Assembly: GCA_016748015.1 (NCBI GenBank)
Contig: JAAOMT010000384.1
Location: 124,001-188,000 of the forward strand
DNA from: Geosiphon pyriformis uo1
Lineage: Eukaryota > Fungi > Glomeromycota
Length of the DNA stretch: 64,000 nt
Direction of reading: 5' to 3'
The notes below the pieces were generated by a model. The model ran no database searches and was not told the DNA's origin. It saw only the letters and a list, made by a program, of their open reading frames with translations. Within the stretch, counting starts at the first letter, position 1; the number at the start of each line of letters is the position of its first letter. This document shows positions 36,001 through 50,437 of the stretch, piece after piece. The position numbers were made by a program, and so were the translations under genes.

Positions 36001-39000
36001 TTTTGTTCAGTAACTGAATAGTTCTTTTCTGCTGATATGAGAGATCTACTGGCATATGCTATGGCATGTTCTCTGCCATTTTTATCTTTCTGTGAAAGAA
36101 CAGCACCAGGTCTATAGTCAGATGTATCAGTGTAAAGAATAAAAAATTGGTCCAAATCAGGTTGCTTGAGAATTGGTTTAGTAACAAGTTTTTTCTTCAA
36201 AATTTCAAAAGCTTTTTTTTTATAAGTGCTCCAGTAATAATTGATATTTTTTCTGGGTAGCTGATTAAAAAGAAAAATGATTTTGGAGAAATCCTTGATA
36301 AATTTACAATAGTAAAAAGCCAAACCAAAGAAAAAGCCTAGTTTAAGAAAATTTATTGATTGTCTAATGTTTTGAACTTTTTCAATTTTAGCTGGATCAG
36401 AGAAGATTCCATCTTTTGTAATAAGATGACCAAAAAACTGGGTAGATTGGCATCTAAAGAAAGATTTGATTGGGTTGATCTTAAAGCCAGCATTTCTAAA
36501 CAAGTCAAAAATCTACAAATGTTTAAGGTGTTTATCACAGATTTTTGAGTAGACCATTTTGTCATCTAAGTAGACCAAAACAAAGTTTTCTTTTACTGAT
36601 TTAAATACTTTGTCCATTAGGCATTGAAAGGTGAAAAGGGCATTGGTAAAACCAAAAGGCATGACTGTGAATTCATAAGTGCCATACTTGGTGATGAAGG
36701 CAGTTTTTTTTGCTTTCTGAATCCATTTCTACTTGCCAGAATCCAGCAGTTAAGTTAATGGTTGAGAAAAAAGCAGCACCATTGAATTTATCTAGTATTG
36801 CATCAATTTTGGGAAGTGAATACATGTCTCTTATAGTGATGGTATTTAATTGGTGGTAATCAACACAAAAGCATAAAGTTCTACCTTTCTTGAATACTAT
36901 TACAACTGGGAAAGCCCATTCATTCTTGGTTTTTTGTATGAATTTAAGATCTTTTATTCGGTTTATCTCTTTCTTGATAAACTCATCATTGTGTCAATTG
37001 GATTGATAAGGCTTCAAATAAATGGGATGAGTTTCTTTTGTGGTGATAGTGTGTTGTATCACATGGGTTCATCCAGGGGTATCACTTTCTTTTGAGATAA
37101 CTGGGCTATTTCTAGCCAACAGATTTTCAATGTTCACTTTTTTTTCTTCAAGGGAAGATTCTCTTTGTTCTACAACTGGTAATTGAATTTCAGGTGGTTT
37201 ATTCTCAAAGAACTTTTGTACTTCTTTTAGTTCTTCTCTGAGTATTAAATTAATTGGCTCCCAATCTTTGTAATAGATTAAGCAAGACTTGTATTCATTA
37301 CTAGGAAAATACAAAAATTTATCACACCAGCACCTAACACAAAGACCATGCCACCAATAACTGTATTTTGCTTTCTTGCCAGATTTTCTATTAAAAGTTC
37401 TTCTGAGAATATCATAGTAGGGCCAGCAAATCAGCTTGCCATTTACCATAATTCCTTCTTTGTCAGCTTTAACATTGTCTAGTAGCTTGCCATTGCTGGT
37501 AAAAATAGTATAGACAAGTTCAGTAGTTTCTTCTTGTTTTTTTTGTTCATCTTTTTTATCACTTTTTTCATCATCTGACTCATCTGATTGCTCTTTTTCT
37601 TGGCTTTGTTTGAGTACTGAAGAAGTTGTTCAATGGTAACACTTAACCATGATGGGTTTTTTATCACATTTGATGATCAGTTCACAGAGTTTATAATTAA
37701 GCAAGGCTTTTGCTTTCTTAAGCCATTTATTGCCAACTATTATAGTGTATTCTTTTGCTTCAGATACTTCCATGTCAGTTTCAATGCTGATGCCATTAAT
37801 TCAGACAAAAACAGCTTTGGCTATGTTCAGACCTTTCTTTTTGTCACCATGTACATTGGTCATTGGTCTTGTGAATAGTTGATTAATCTTTTTGCCAATT
37901 GTTTCTAAAAAGTGTTTGGCAATGACACTAACAGATAATCCACTGTCCAGAATCAGATCAATAAAGTAACCAGTCACTTGGACTTTACAAATAAGAAGAG
38001 TAACATTGCTGTTGTCAGCAAGTCCAGCTTGGCATAAGTGCTTGTTGGTTTTTGGTGTTTTTTTCTTGAGAATCAAAGATTTGCAAAAGTATTTTCTGAA
38101 TTGGGAATGGGTTATTAACTAGTCAAAGGTAATATAAACAGATGTTTTCATGAGATCTTTGACAACAGAATAAGGACCAGATTTTTGTACTATTTTTGGG
38201 AATTTTAACTTTGAAGAATTCTTAAAAACTTTGGCTTTTGGTGGCTCATTGTTATTAGCAGTTGATGTGGATGCTTTTTTTAGATCTAGAATGAAATCAA
38301 TCTTAGCTTTTTTCATCTTTCTTGTTGATTCAGAAGTGTTGATTGTTAGTTCATCTATGTCATGGTCATCATCAGTTAGGTTAAAAGCATAAAAAAGGTT
38401 TTCTTCTGGTTGGCTTGCACTCTTATTCTTTGGAGATGCACTTATCAGTTTAAAGACTAATAAACAGTAGCTTCAACTAAGAAATTCTCTTTAAAGAAAT
38501 TGATGTTGGCATAATTGAATCTTTGGTTGAGGACATTGTTGTTGATGATTCTGTTGTTTTGATTGTTATTGTTTCTGGGAACTGGAGGAGGCAGGAGAGA
38601 ATTGTTGCAATCTCTGAAAAAATGTCCAGTTAATCCACAGTAATAACACATAGGTGGGCCATGATTTTGTTGTTTTTGATAAGGAGGTTGCTGGAATTAA
38701 TTAAAGCAGGTTTCAAATCTGGGTCTTTGGGGTTGTTGATTCTCTCTGACTGTTTGGGCTAAGGATTCCAGTAATCAGACAAGATTAGCTGTGAGTCTAT
38801 TTATTAACTGTTTATTGGGTCTTGAGTTTGGGCAACAAAAGAGGTAGCAGTCATTTGGAGAGCAGAAGCCATAACAGAAGCAGGAGCAAAAACTGGAAGT
38901 GTGGATTTTAAGTGCATTCTTTGATTGTTTTCTATTCTCTGGGCAAGTTCAATGGTCATATCTATTGTGAGATTGTTTTTCAGTACCAGAAGGGGCCAAA

Positions 39001-40728
39001 AAGCATAGAAAAGATTAGTTCTCAATCTTTTTGTAAAGGAATGAATCTTTTGCTCTTCTGTTCAGTTTTTTCTAGAATCTATTTGCTTGATTAATTTTCT
39101 GATTGCTTTGGCATACTCAGTTACAACTTCACCAGGACCTTGAGTTCTTCTTTCTAATTCCATACATTATTTGGATATCAAGATAGGAGTTCTAAATTTT
39201 ATTTCAAACCAAGTAGTAAAAAAAGTGTTATTTTCTCCAATATTTGCTGATGTCCATCTAATGATTCTTTGCTGAGCATTGGCATTGGTTTCTTGTGAGA
39301 ACCAAGTAGCAGGAGAGCCTTGAAGATAGCCACCAACGATTTGGAACTTGTATTTATCATTTATATTGATTTGCAGTAGCTGCTCTCTTAAAATTGTCTA
39401 ACCATTCAATTGGATCTTGTGTATTGCCTCTGAATAAGGATAGTGGGGTGTTGTTTCTTTATCCCAAAGCAGTTTGTATGCCTTGGAAGGCAATCAGAAT
39501 ATTTTGTTGCATGGGGTCATTAGCCATTAGTCCAAGAGTAACTGTTTGTATTGAATGTTCTGATTTACTTGAAAAGGAGTCAAAAACAGGAGCAGTTTGA
39601 TAGCTTTTTTTTTCTGTTTTAAAAGGTGTTTCAGCTAGCTGGTGGGCAGCAATCCAATTGTGAATTTGATGATTCAGGTATTCAGAATCAGAGGGCTGTT
39701 GTTCAAAGGTTGTGGAGTATAAAAGCTGATTGATATTGTTGTTTCTTTTTTCAAAGTTGTCTTCAAAATAAGCTTGGTCAAAGTAATAAGTTGTATAAAC
39801 TGTATAGGTCTTAGCTGAATGCTCATTTAGAAACCAGTTCCAAAAGTTTACTGGATTGTTCTTTAATGGGAAAGCAAATCAAGCAGAAAGGCAAAAGATT
39901 GAGTTCAATAAAGTCTAGATTGTTTTTGTTATGTGCTTCAAAGTGTTCTTTTGATTGTTGTGGCAAGTATGAATAATTACCCATACAATAGAAAACAAAG
40001 TGGATTTTGAAAACCTTATAGGGAGCACCACTTTTATGTTACAGATTGGAGTAATAAGCTAATGAATAGCAAAAGAAAACAGAATTGTAAAGTAATAGAA
40101 ATAATCAAAGGGATTTCAACTTTAAGAAGTGAATTGAATGAGTAAGAATTTAATGTATGAGATCAGTCTCATAAAATATCTTAGTTACTGTACTTTTCAG
40201 AGAATCTGAAGGTAGAGAGATAGTTCATATTATCAACAAATGATCACACACTGGTATAATTTTATGCCTCATATTGGCATTCTTAGAATTCAATATTAGG
40301 TATCAGATGTACTCTTCAGTTATGTTTTATTCAATAATTTTCAAATGCTGCAATTACATGTTTCAGAAAAAAAATAAGGAATATCCAATAAGTAATTTTT
40401 TATCCTAAGATGTTCAGATACTTGAAGATAGGAAAAGAAAAATTAGTGATAAGAGAATAATTAAGATAAAAGTTGTTATTTTATTTCTTTACTTTCTTTA
40501 ATTTTTATATGCTTTTCTACAGCTAAGAGATTCATTACTTATATAGCTATCAAAAGTGGTTAATGATTAAGTTAATAACTAAGTTAATGATTAGGTTAAT
40601 AATTAAATTAATGGTCAGGTCATTAATTAGGTTAATAATTACTATCTAAAAATAGAGTGGCTAATTATATAATATCAGTAACTAATACATATGATAATTA
40701 ATAAGAAGTATAGGTTTCAACCATAACA
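33063..40728 (-). mobile_element. Gypsy family B, copy 2, full length, more decayed
   Basis: LTRs 33063-33732 and 40037-40728; PBS ~40014-40030; ORF4 ~33702-34347; left flank ATAT, right flank ATA followed by a LINE 5' end. Confidence 0.94.
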
Positions 40729-43700
40729 ATAAAAAAAAAATAAAAAATAAAAAAAACTTTTTTCTTTCTTTGTCTGCTACCACAAAATTTACTATGCCTC
40801 AAATTTGGAAAAACAGTTATTTTTGCTAAAAGATACCTGTAGTTGAAAGTACACTTTATTATTATAACAAACTTCAAAGTGTCTAACAATGACACTAATA
40901 GCAAAGTAACAATAGTCATAAACAGAAGTACTAGCAAAAATACCACTAAGTATAAAGACCAAGTAGAAAGAAATTTTACTGTCAATACAGAGAAAGAAGA
41001 AAATAACACAATCATATCAAACCAAATACTGGTTAAAAATACAAGACCTATAACATCTCCATTTAGATTTGAACATAGCAGTGGAACAATTGAAAATGTA
41101 AACACAAGCAGTAGAGACAACACACCCTTTAGAATTGCTAATACTTTAAAAAAAACAACTCTACATCAAAGAGTAGCTGATTTTTCTCTACTAACAGACA
41201 ACAGACTAGAAGAAAAGCCCAATAAAAAATACAGACACTTAGAAAAAATAAGTGTAAAAGGCCTAATGGAGAAATTTAACCAGGTCATTGGAGAGAAATT
41301 TACTGACAAAACAACAGACCAAACCAGCAATTTGTTTTGCAACCAATATTTAACAAAGGAGGAAACAGTAATAAGTTTCAAATGACAGCTTGGACTGGTA
41401 AAAAAGGGGCATTAAAGTCCCTAAAAAAATTGAATAGACCATCTAAATTGTCTAGTGAAGAGATTAAAAGAGCAGCACAGATTGAAGCAGCTCTAAGAAA
41501 ATGCAATTCTGAGATTTTGGACAAGATCAACAAAAAAAAGCTGCAAAGAAATTTGATGAACAAATAAACAATCTATTTGAAATGAACAAAGATATTGCCG
41601 ATTTGAAAGGAACTGCAGAGGACATAGAAAACTCTGAATTGAATCTATCAAGCAGAATGCCAAGCCCAAGCCCCAGCCAAAAGAATAGCAAAGTATTTGA
41701 GAAAAATGCCATGTCTATAGAAACAAATTAAGAAGAAGAGTGGAAAACTGTTGTTTATGGTGCCAAAAGACATGTTCTGTTCATACAGATATTGAATATA
41801 CCAGAAAAAAACATGGGAAAGAAGGTGGGGTAGATTTACAACCTGTTGGGGAATGTTAGTTACTTTTTGGGAGCTGTAATGATAAGAAACTAAGAAATCA
41901 GAATAGACTTTTCCCAAATTGCTAGAAGAGATCAAGTTAGAAAAATCCTAGCAGATGTGGAAATTGAGTTATTTTTGATGGTAACTGATGGCATTGCCAA
42001 CCAAATGGCTGGTCAAAAGAAGGTTCTAGTTAGAGATATCCCTTTGGGTATTTCCAATAGAGAAGTTGAAGCTGCTTTGAAAAAATTTGGGGAGGTTAAA
42101 AAAGTTCAAATTAAAGTGGCTGGAAAATGGCAGTCAGCAGTAGTTGAATTCAACAATTAAAAGGAGACAACCAGAGCTGTGGACTAATGATCAACCCTAA
42201 TCAAGAAAAATGCAGTTAGAATTTATTCAATAATAGGTATCCAAAAGATCATTGAGCAGAGAAAAACCTGAGAAGCTGAGCTTGTTAGCCTACCACAGAA
42301 CTGTACTGTACACTATCTGAATAATACTCTGGATTAAATCAAAGCCCGATCTTGCTTTATTCCAAGAACTAGTAGAAACTACACTAGAATGAAATGTGCT
42401 TATATAGGGTTTGATAGTGAAAACAGCCACCATAATGCTACCAGTAAGTCTTTGGTGATTGGAAACACTTTGGTTTACTGAGTGTCTACTGAAGCTAAAA
42501 AGTGTCATTTTTGTTATCAGATAGGACACTTGGTCTCAAAGTGCCTTACTCTACTTAAGAAAAAAGAGAGAAATACCAAAAAAGTTACCAACAACATACA
42601 ATTGGCCAAATTGTATGTTAAAAAAAATATACCCGAGGAACACATTAAGGCCTTTGGAGGAAGATCATATGCTGAAATGGCAGCACTAAACCCATCTAGT
42701 AACAGAAACAATGCAAACTCAAGTGGGTCTCAAAAAGCTGGCTTACAAGTGAACAACAAAGAAGGCCAACAGAAAAAAGAAACAGATCAGCCATAGAGGT
42801 TTGAAATTGATGAATTGAGACAATAGGTAAATGAAATGGCTAAACTACTAAATACTGTGGCTTTAAAGCTTGGAGTAACAGTGAAAAAGAAAGATAAAGG
42901 CAAAGTGGTAAATCAACCACCATGTCATATATCAGAAGAAAAGAAAAAAGAGGATAATAAAAAGGCAAAACTATATATGTCTTCCAAACATACCTCAGAA
43001 AAGAAAAAAGAGGCATACAACCTAGAGAAAAAAATCAATGATATTAAAAAGGCCCTGGAATTTATTATGATACTGCTAAAACAAGTGAAAAAACAGGGTA
43101 ACTGGAATGAAGCTACAGCTGGAAAATCTAAATCTATGGAAACAGATGATGTATAGTACATCCAACTTCAATTTAGAACAGAACATGGCCAATAATAATA
43201 CCTGGAAAATAGAAACTATTAATGTTAGGGAACTTAACAATCTTGGCAAAGCTGAGAAAATACTACAATGGATTAAAGACAAACAGTTTAATTTTGTGGT
43301 TATTGCAGAAACTAAACTGACTGCACTCAAAGAAAAAAGGGTGTTTTTTGGTACTGAAGAATATTGTTACAGTTGAGACCTATACTTTTTATTAATTATC
43401 ACATGTATTAGCCACTGATGTCATATGATTAGCCACACTATTTTTAGAAAGTGATCATTGATCTGATCAATGACCTGACTGTTGACCTGACTGTTGATCT
43501 GATTATTAACCTGATCAATGACCTGATCAATGACCTGATCATTGACCTGATCATTGACCTAATCATTGACCACTTTTAATAGCTATATAAGCAATGAATC
43601 TTTTAGCTGTAAAAAAGCATATAATAACAAGCATCTGAATAATCAAGAATAAATAAAATAACAACTTTTATCTCAATTCTTCTCTTATCACTAATTTCCC

Positions 43701-44146
43701 TTTCCCTACCTTCAAGTATCTGAACATCTTAAAGATAAAAAATTACTTGTTGGCCTTTTCCTGACATATATAATTGTAGCATTTAAAGATTATTTGAATA
43801 AACATGACTGAAAAGCACAAGTTGATATCTGATATTGAATTCTAAGAGTGCCAATATGAGGCATAGAATTATACCAGTGGTGATCAATTGTTGACAGTAC
43901 AGACTATCTCTTTACCTTCAGATTCCCCAGTTACTTTTGAAAAGAATAGCGACTGAGATATTTTATGAGACTGATCTCGCACATTGAATCCATACTCATT
44001 CAATTCACTTTTTAAAGTTGAATTCCTCTTTGATTATTTCTATCACCTTATAATCCTGTTCTCTCTTACTATCTGTTAGCTTGTTACTCCAACCCGTAAC
44101 AGGTGCTTCCTGTGAGGTTGTCAAAATTTACTTATTTCCTCATTGT

Positions 44147-45690
44147 ATGGGTGATTATTCATACTTGTCACAGCAATCAGAAAAACACTTTGCAACACAC
44201 AACAGAAACGATCTAGAGTTTATTGAACTCAATCCTCTGCCCTCCTGCTTGATCTGTTTCCCTGTTAAAAAACAATCCAGTAGACAATTTCAAGACTTTT
44301 GGAACTGGTTCCTGAATAAGCATTCAGCTGAAATCTACATAGCTTATACTATTACTTTAATCAAGCTTATTTTGAAGACAATTTTGAAGAAAGAAATACC
44401 AGTATCAATCAGCTCTTATACTCCACAATCTTTGAACAACAGCCCCCTGATTTCGAATATCTGAATCACCAAATCTATATTTGGATTGCTGCTCACCAAC
44501 TAGTTGAAAACCCCTTTGAAACAGAAGAAAAAAGTTACCAAACTGCCCTTATTTTTGATATTTTCTTAAGTAAATCAGAGCACTCTACACAAACAGTAAC
44601 TCCTAAACCAATGGCCCAAGATCCAATGCAAGCAAACATCCTGGCTGCCCTCCAAGATATACAAACTGCTTTGGGACAAAGAAACAACACTCCACTACCA
44701 TTATTCAGAAGCAATGCACAAGATCCAATTAAATGATTGGATGACTTTGAAAAAGCTACTACAGCCAACCAATACAATAATAAGTACAAGTTTCAAATTG
44801 TTGGTGGCTACCTCCAAGGCTCTCCTGCTACCTGGTTCTTACAGAAAACTGATGCTAATGCCCATTAAAGAATTATTAGATGGATGCCAGCAAATGCCAG
44901 AGAAAACAACACCTCTTTTACAACCCAGTTTGAAAACAAGTTTAGAACCCCAATCTTGATATCCAAGTGGCACATGGAATTAGAAAGAAGAACTCAAGGC
45001 CCTGGTAAAATTGTAACTGAATATGCTAAAGCAATCAGAAAGTTAATCAAGTGTATAGACTCTGAAAGAAATTGGACAGAAGAGCAAAAAATTCATTCCT
45101 TTACAAAAGGATTGAGAACCAATTTATCTTATGCTCTTTGGCCTCTCTTGGCCCTGAAAAACAACCCTACAATGGACATGGCCATTGAACTTGCCCAACA
45201 AATTGAAGACAACCAAAGAATACATTTGGGATCTACACTTCTAGTTCTTGCTCCTGTTATGGCTCCTGCCCCTTAAATGGCTGCTGCTTTTTTTGCTGCC
45301 CAAACTCAAGATCCAAATAAACAATTAATTAATAGACTCACAGCCAATCTTGCCCGGTTATTAGAACCTTTGGCACAAGCAGTTAGAGATAACCAACAAC
45401 CACAAAGACCCAGATATGAACCACGTTTTAATCAGCCCCAACAACCTCCTTATTAAAGACAGCAAAATTGTGGTCCTCCTGTATATTATAAATGTGGATT
45501 AACTGGACATTTTTCAAGAGATTGCAACAATCTTTCTTTACCTCCTCCAGTCCCCAAAAATAATGACAATTAAAACAATAGACTCATCAACAATAATACT
45601 CCCAATCAAAGACCCAACCATGCCAACATCAATTTCTTTGGAGAGGATTTTCTAGTTGAAGCCACTGTTTATCAGCCTTTAAATTGGTAG
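44147..45690 (+). pseudogene. B3 gag
   Basis: Homologous to B1 gag; stop TAG just after the slippery site. Confidence 0.88.
45678..45684 (+). promoter_or_regulatory. Putative -1 ribosomal frameshift heptamer (T TTA AAC in B1 and B2; T TTA AAT here)
   Basis: X XXY YYZ in the gag frame; pol opens in the -1 frame; B1 27082-27088, B2 38448-38454. Confidence 0.8.
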
Positions 45691-48371
45691 GTGCATCTCC
45701 AAAGAATGAGAGTGCAAGCCAACCAGAAGAAAACCCTTTTTTTACTTTTAACTTAACTGATAATAACCATAACATAGATGAATTAACAATCAACACTTCT
45801 GAATCAACCAGAAAAAAGAAGAAAGCCAAGGTTGATTTCATTCTAGATCCCAACAAAGCCTCAACTTCCACTGCTGATAACAATGAGCCACCAAAAGCCA
45901 AAGTTTTTAAGAACCCTCCAAAGTTAAAACCCCCAGAAATTGTACAAAAATCTGGATCCTATTCTGTTGTCAAAAATCTCATAGAAATCCCAACACACAT
46001 TACCTTTGGCCAGTTAATAACCCATCTACAGTTCAAAAAAGATCTCTGCAAATCTCTAATTTCCAAAAAGAAAACACCAAAGACCAATAAACACTCTTGC
46101 CAAGCTGAACTTGCTGACAACAGCAATGTTACTCCTCTAATTTGCAAAGCACAAGTGGCTGGTTACTTCATTGACTTGATTCTAGACAGTGGATCATCTG
46201 TTAGTGTAATTGCCAAACACTTCCTTAAAGCAATTGGCAGAAAAATTGATGAGCCTTTCACCCAATCAATAACCAATGTACATAATGACAAGAAGAAAGG
46301 TCTGGGCATTGCCAAAGCTATTCCTGTTTGCATCAATGGCATCAGTATTGAAACTGACATGGAAGTTTCTGAAGTTAAAGAATACACCATTATTGTTGGC
46401 AATGAGTGGCTCAAGAAAGCAAAAGCCTTACTTGACTATGAACTTTGTGAGCTAACTATAAGATGTGGTGAAAAACCCATTGTGGTTAAATGTCATCCTT
46501 GAACAACTTCTCCAGCAACCAAACAAAATCAAGAAGATGAGCAATTAGAGGAATCAGATGATAAAAAAAGTAATGAAAAAGATGAACAAGATGAACAAGA
46601 AGAAACTGCTGAACTCGCCTACACCACTTTCACCAGCAATGGCAAGCCACTAAACAATGTTAAAGCTGATAGAGAGGGAATCATTGTAAATGGCAAGCTG
46701 ATCTGCTGGCCTTACTATGATATTCTAAGAAGAATCTTTGACCAAAAGCCTGGCAAGAAAGCCAAATACAGTTATTGGTGACATGGCCCTTGTGCCCGGT
46801 GCTGGTGCAATAAACCTTTGTATTCTCCAAGTGATGAATGCAAATCATGCCTAATCTATTACAAAAATTGGGAACCAATTAGCCTAATACCAAGAGATGA
46901 ATTAAAAGAAGTACAGAAGTCCTTTAAAAATGAACCACCTGAGATCCAATCATTAGTAGTAAAACAAAGAGAACCCTCCCTAGAAGAAAGAAAGATAGAC
47001 ATTAAAAATTTGTTGACAAGAAACAATTCAGTTATCTCAAAAGAAGGTGATACCCCAGGATGAACCCATGTGATACAACACACTATCACCACTAGAGAAA
47101 CTCACTCCATCTATTTGAAGCTTTACCAATCCAATTGCTGAAATGATGAGTTCATCAAGAAAAAAATAAACTGGATGAAAGAACTTGGATTCATACAAAA
47201 AACCAAGAGTGAATGGGCTTTTCCAGTTGTAGTGATATTCAAGAAAGGTGGAACTCTATGCTTCTGTGTTGACTACCGCCAATTAAATGCCATTACTGAA
47301 AGAGACATGTACCTACTTCCCAAGATTGATGCAATGCTGGACCAATTCAAAGATGCTGCTTTCTTTTCAATTATTGATCTAACTGCTGGATTCTGGCAAG
47401 TAGAGATGAATCCAGAAAGCCGGAAGAAAACCATCTTCATCACCAAGTATGGCATCTATAAATTCACAGTCATGCCTTTTGGTCTCACCAATGCCCCTCC
47501 CATTTTTCAACACTTAATGGATAAAGTATTTGAATCAGTGAAAGAAAACTTTGTTCTGGTCTATCTGAACAATATAATGGTGTACTCAAAAACCTGGGAT
47601 GAACACCTTGAACATTTGCAAAAAGTTTTTGATCTTCTCAGAAATGCAGGTCTCAAGATTAACCCAATCAAATCTTTCTTTGGAAGACAATCCATCCAAT
47701 TTTTTGGCCATCTTATTATAAAAGATGGAATCTTCCCTGATCCAGCCAAAGTAGAAAAAGTTCAGAACATAAAACAACCAATGAATGTTCATGAGTTATA
47801 TTTTTTCCTTGGTTTGGCCTCCTATTATCGCAAATTTGTTAAGAATTTCTCCAAAATTGCCTCTCCACTCAATCAGCTACTTAGAAAAAATGTCAACTAC
47901 CATTGGGGCACACATCAACAGAAAGCATTTGAAACCCTCAAAGAAAAATTGGTTACAGAATCTATTCTCAAGCAATCTGATCTGGATCAATCTTTCATCC
48001 TTTACACTGATGCATTTGGCTATGGACTTGGTGCTGTTCTCTTACAAAAAGATGAAGATGGCAGGGAACATGCAATAGCCTATGCCAGTAGAACCCTTAC
48101 ACCAGCAGAAAAAAACTATTCAATTATTGAGCAGAAATACTTAGCAATAGTTTTGGCTACCAGCTACTGAGATAAGTATCTCTTTGGTGTGAAGTTTTTG
48201 GTGGTAACAGATCACCAAGCTTTGGTTTGGCTGCGCAACAAGAAAAGACTAGAACATAAACGGATAGCCCACTGGATACTCTACTTAGACGAATTCAACT
48301 ATGACATTCAACATCGCAAAGGAGCACATCATCAAAACACCGATGCTCTCTTTAGACTTATTATTCAGTGA
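45678..48371 (+). pseudogene. B3 pol (PR-RT-RNase H)
   Basis: LILDSGSS; 331-aa RT/RH ORF 47175-48170; NTDALFR*. Confidence 0.92.
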
Positions 48372-48436
48372 CAGTACAACTACTTCAAACCAAACCAACC
48401 TAATTATTAGTAATTCTCTCACAACCAAACTTGATA

Positions 48437-49739
48437 ATGGACTTGGACAACTACTATGTCTTAATAGAATTTTTGGGTAAAGAACAATACCCACCAGAAT
48501 ACAATTGACAGCAAAGAGAACATTTGCACAAACAATCAAATTTCTATTTAATCTACCAGAACCAACTATACAAAAGAAACAGAAAAGATCCTGACTGCCC
48601 CCAGAGAGTCATAAAATTTGAAAAAAGAGAAATTGTGATATATAACATGCATACTGATCCATTAGCTGGACACTTTGGAAAAACAAAAACAATTCAGAAA
48701 ACTTTAGCTCACTATTATTGGCCTATCTTGGGAAAAAACATTGTTGAGTACATTAAAACCTGTAATATCTGCCAAAGAAGAAAAAAACCCAATAGAAAAG
48801 AAGATATCCATCCAATCTCTGTTGGCCAACCATTTGACAGAATTGGTATAGATGTTGTTGGACCCTTAACAATAACCCTTGATGGCAACAGATATATTAT
48901 CACAGCTACTGACTATTTTATAAAGTGGGTAGAAGCAAGAGCCACTTCAGACCAAACAGCAGTTTCAATAGCCAATTTCATTTATGAAGATATCATCTGC
49001 CATCATGGCTGCCCCAGAGAACTTTTATCTGATAGAGGAAAAGCTTTTCTCAGTACACTGGTTGAAGAACTTTGTAAAAAAATGGGAATACATTACAAAC
49101 TTTCCTCCTCTTATCACCTCCAAACAAATAACCTAGTGGAATGTTTTAATAAAACACTATGTGAAACTCTAGCCAAAACAAGTGAAGAAACAAACTTATG
49201 GGACAAAGTACTGCCTTCAGCTTTGTTTGCTTATAGAACTGTGAATCATGACATAACAAGTTATAAACCTTTTTATCTGTTCTATAGATGCATGACAACA
49301 CTACTAATAGAAACTGACATTGAGACAATATCCTTTGAAGAGATCACAATAGCAAATTACAAAGACATTTTGCAAAAAAGACTTGATACCATTCTTGATT
49401 CATTGGTAGAAGCACAAATAGTTGCTTTTAAAAAGATAAAACAGTTTCAAGAAAAGCTTAAAAAGAAGAAAACTTTTTTTAAGTATTGGTGACTTGGTAT
49501 TAGAATACCATTTAGACAGAGACAATGTCTGTGGTGATAAATTCTCTAGCCAGTGGAAAGGACCCTTTATAGTCAACAAAGTTTTGAACAATGATTCTTA
49601 TATTCTTCAAGATCAATCTGGAACAATCTTTAATAATCGACCTGTTTATGGCACGTGACTCAAGAAATATCACAAACGACCTAATTGGTTGTCTGTTGTG
49701 GTAATACCAACTCAAATGATCAACAAAAATCAAATATAA
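48437..49739 (+). pseudogene. B3 integrase (separate ORF, MDLDNYY...)
   Basis: 322-aa open segment 48524-49492 with HHCC and D,D,E; WKGPF. Confidence 0.92.
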
Positions 49740-49780
49740 ATAAATGCATCATTCCCAAAACAGAGGTATCTTCAATCGAC

Positions 49781-50437
49781 ATGAACAATTATTTTCTGGA
49801 TCAAAACATTCAAAATGCCTTCTATACTCTCCATGAGTATTGAATTAAAAACTATCCAAATACTACTTTGACCATTGGAAAACAGACCACCATAACTGAT
49901 AACAGTGGAACACATACTGTTATTAGACCAAAGAAAACAACTACCAGAAGAGAAAGAATTGATAGCAAAATGGATAAATATCTGCTAGAAAGTATAACAG
50001 CAGCAATATTTGTATCTTCCATCACACTTGGAAAAACAATTAAAGAAATCTTACCCATAAACAAAAACTTGTCATATGAAAGACAACTAGAGCTCTATGG
50101 TTGCCTTGGTGAAATCATAAATGACATAAAGCTCATGAAGAAAACAATTTCAGAGATACAGGCAGAAATTTTGGGCATTATACGATTAGATGTTTCAAGA
50201 GTTTTAACCATTGCTAGAAGAGCCAAAACTCTAATACAAAGATTTAGTCTCTTGGATACAAAACTTATTTCACCTCAAGTATTATACACTTTATTTACAA
50301 AAGACTTCAATAAATTAGTTAGCTTTGAGTTAGATAAAACTCTTCAAATAGATTACACTATAAATAGCTTAATTTTATCAGAGCTCAATCTCTTTAGAGA
50401 GGATGATGTTATGGTTGAGATCTATACTTCTTATTAA
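49781..50437 (+). pseudogene. B3 ORF4 (one TGG>TGA)
   Basis: Colinear with B1 ORF4. Confidence 0.8.

Noticed and set aside
49781-50437. ORF4 as an envelope gene
   Set aside because: Short, with no signal peptide, furin site or C-terminal transmembrane helix visible
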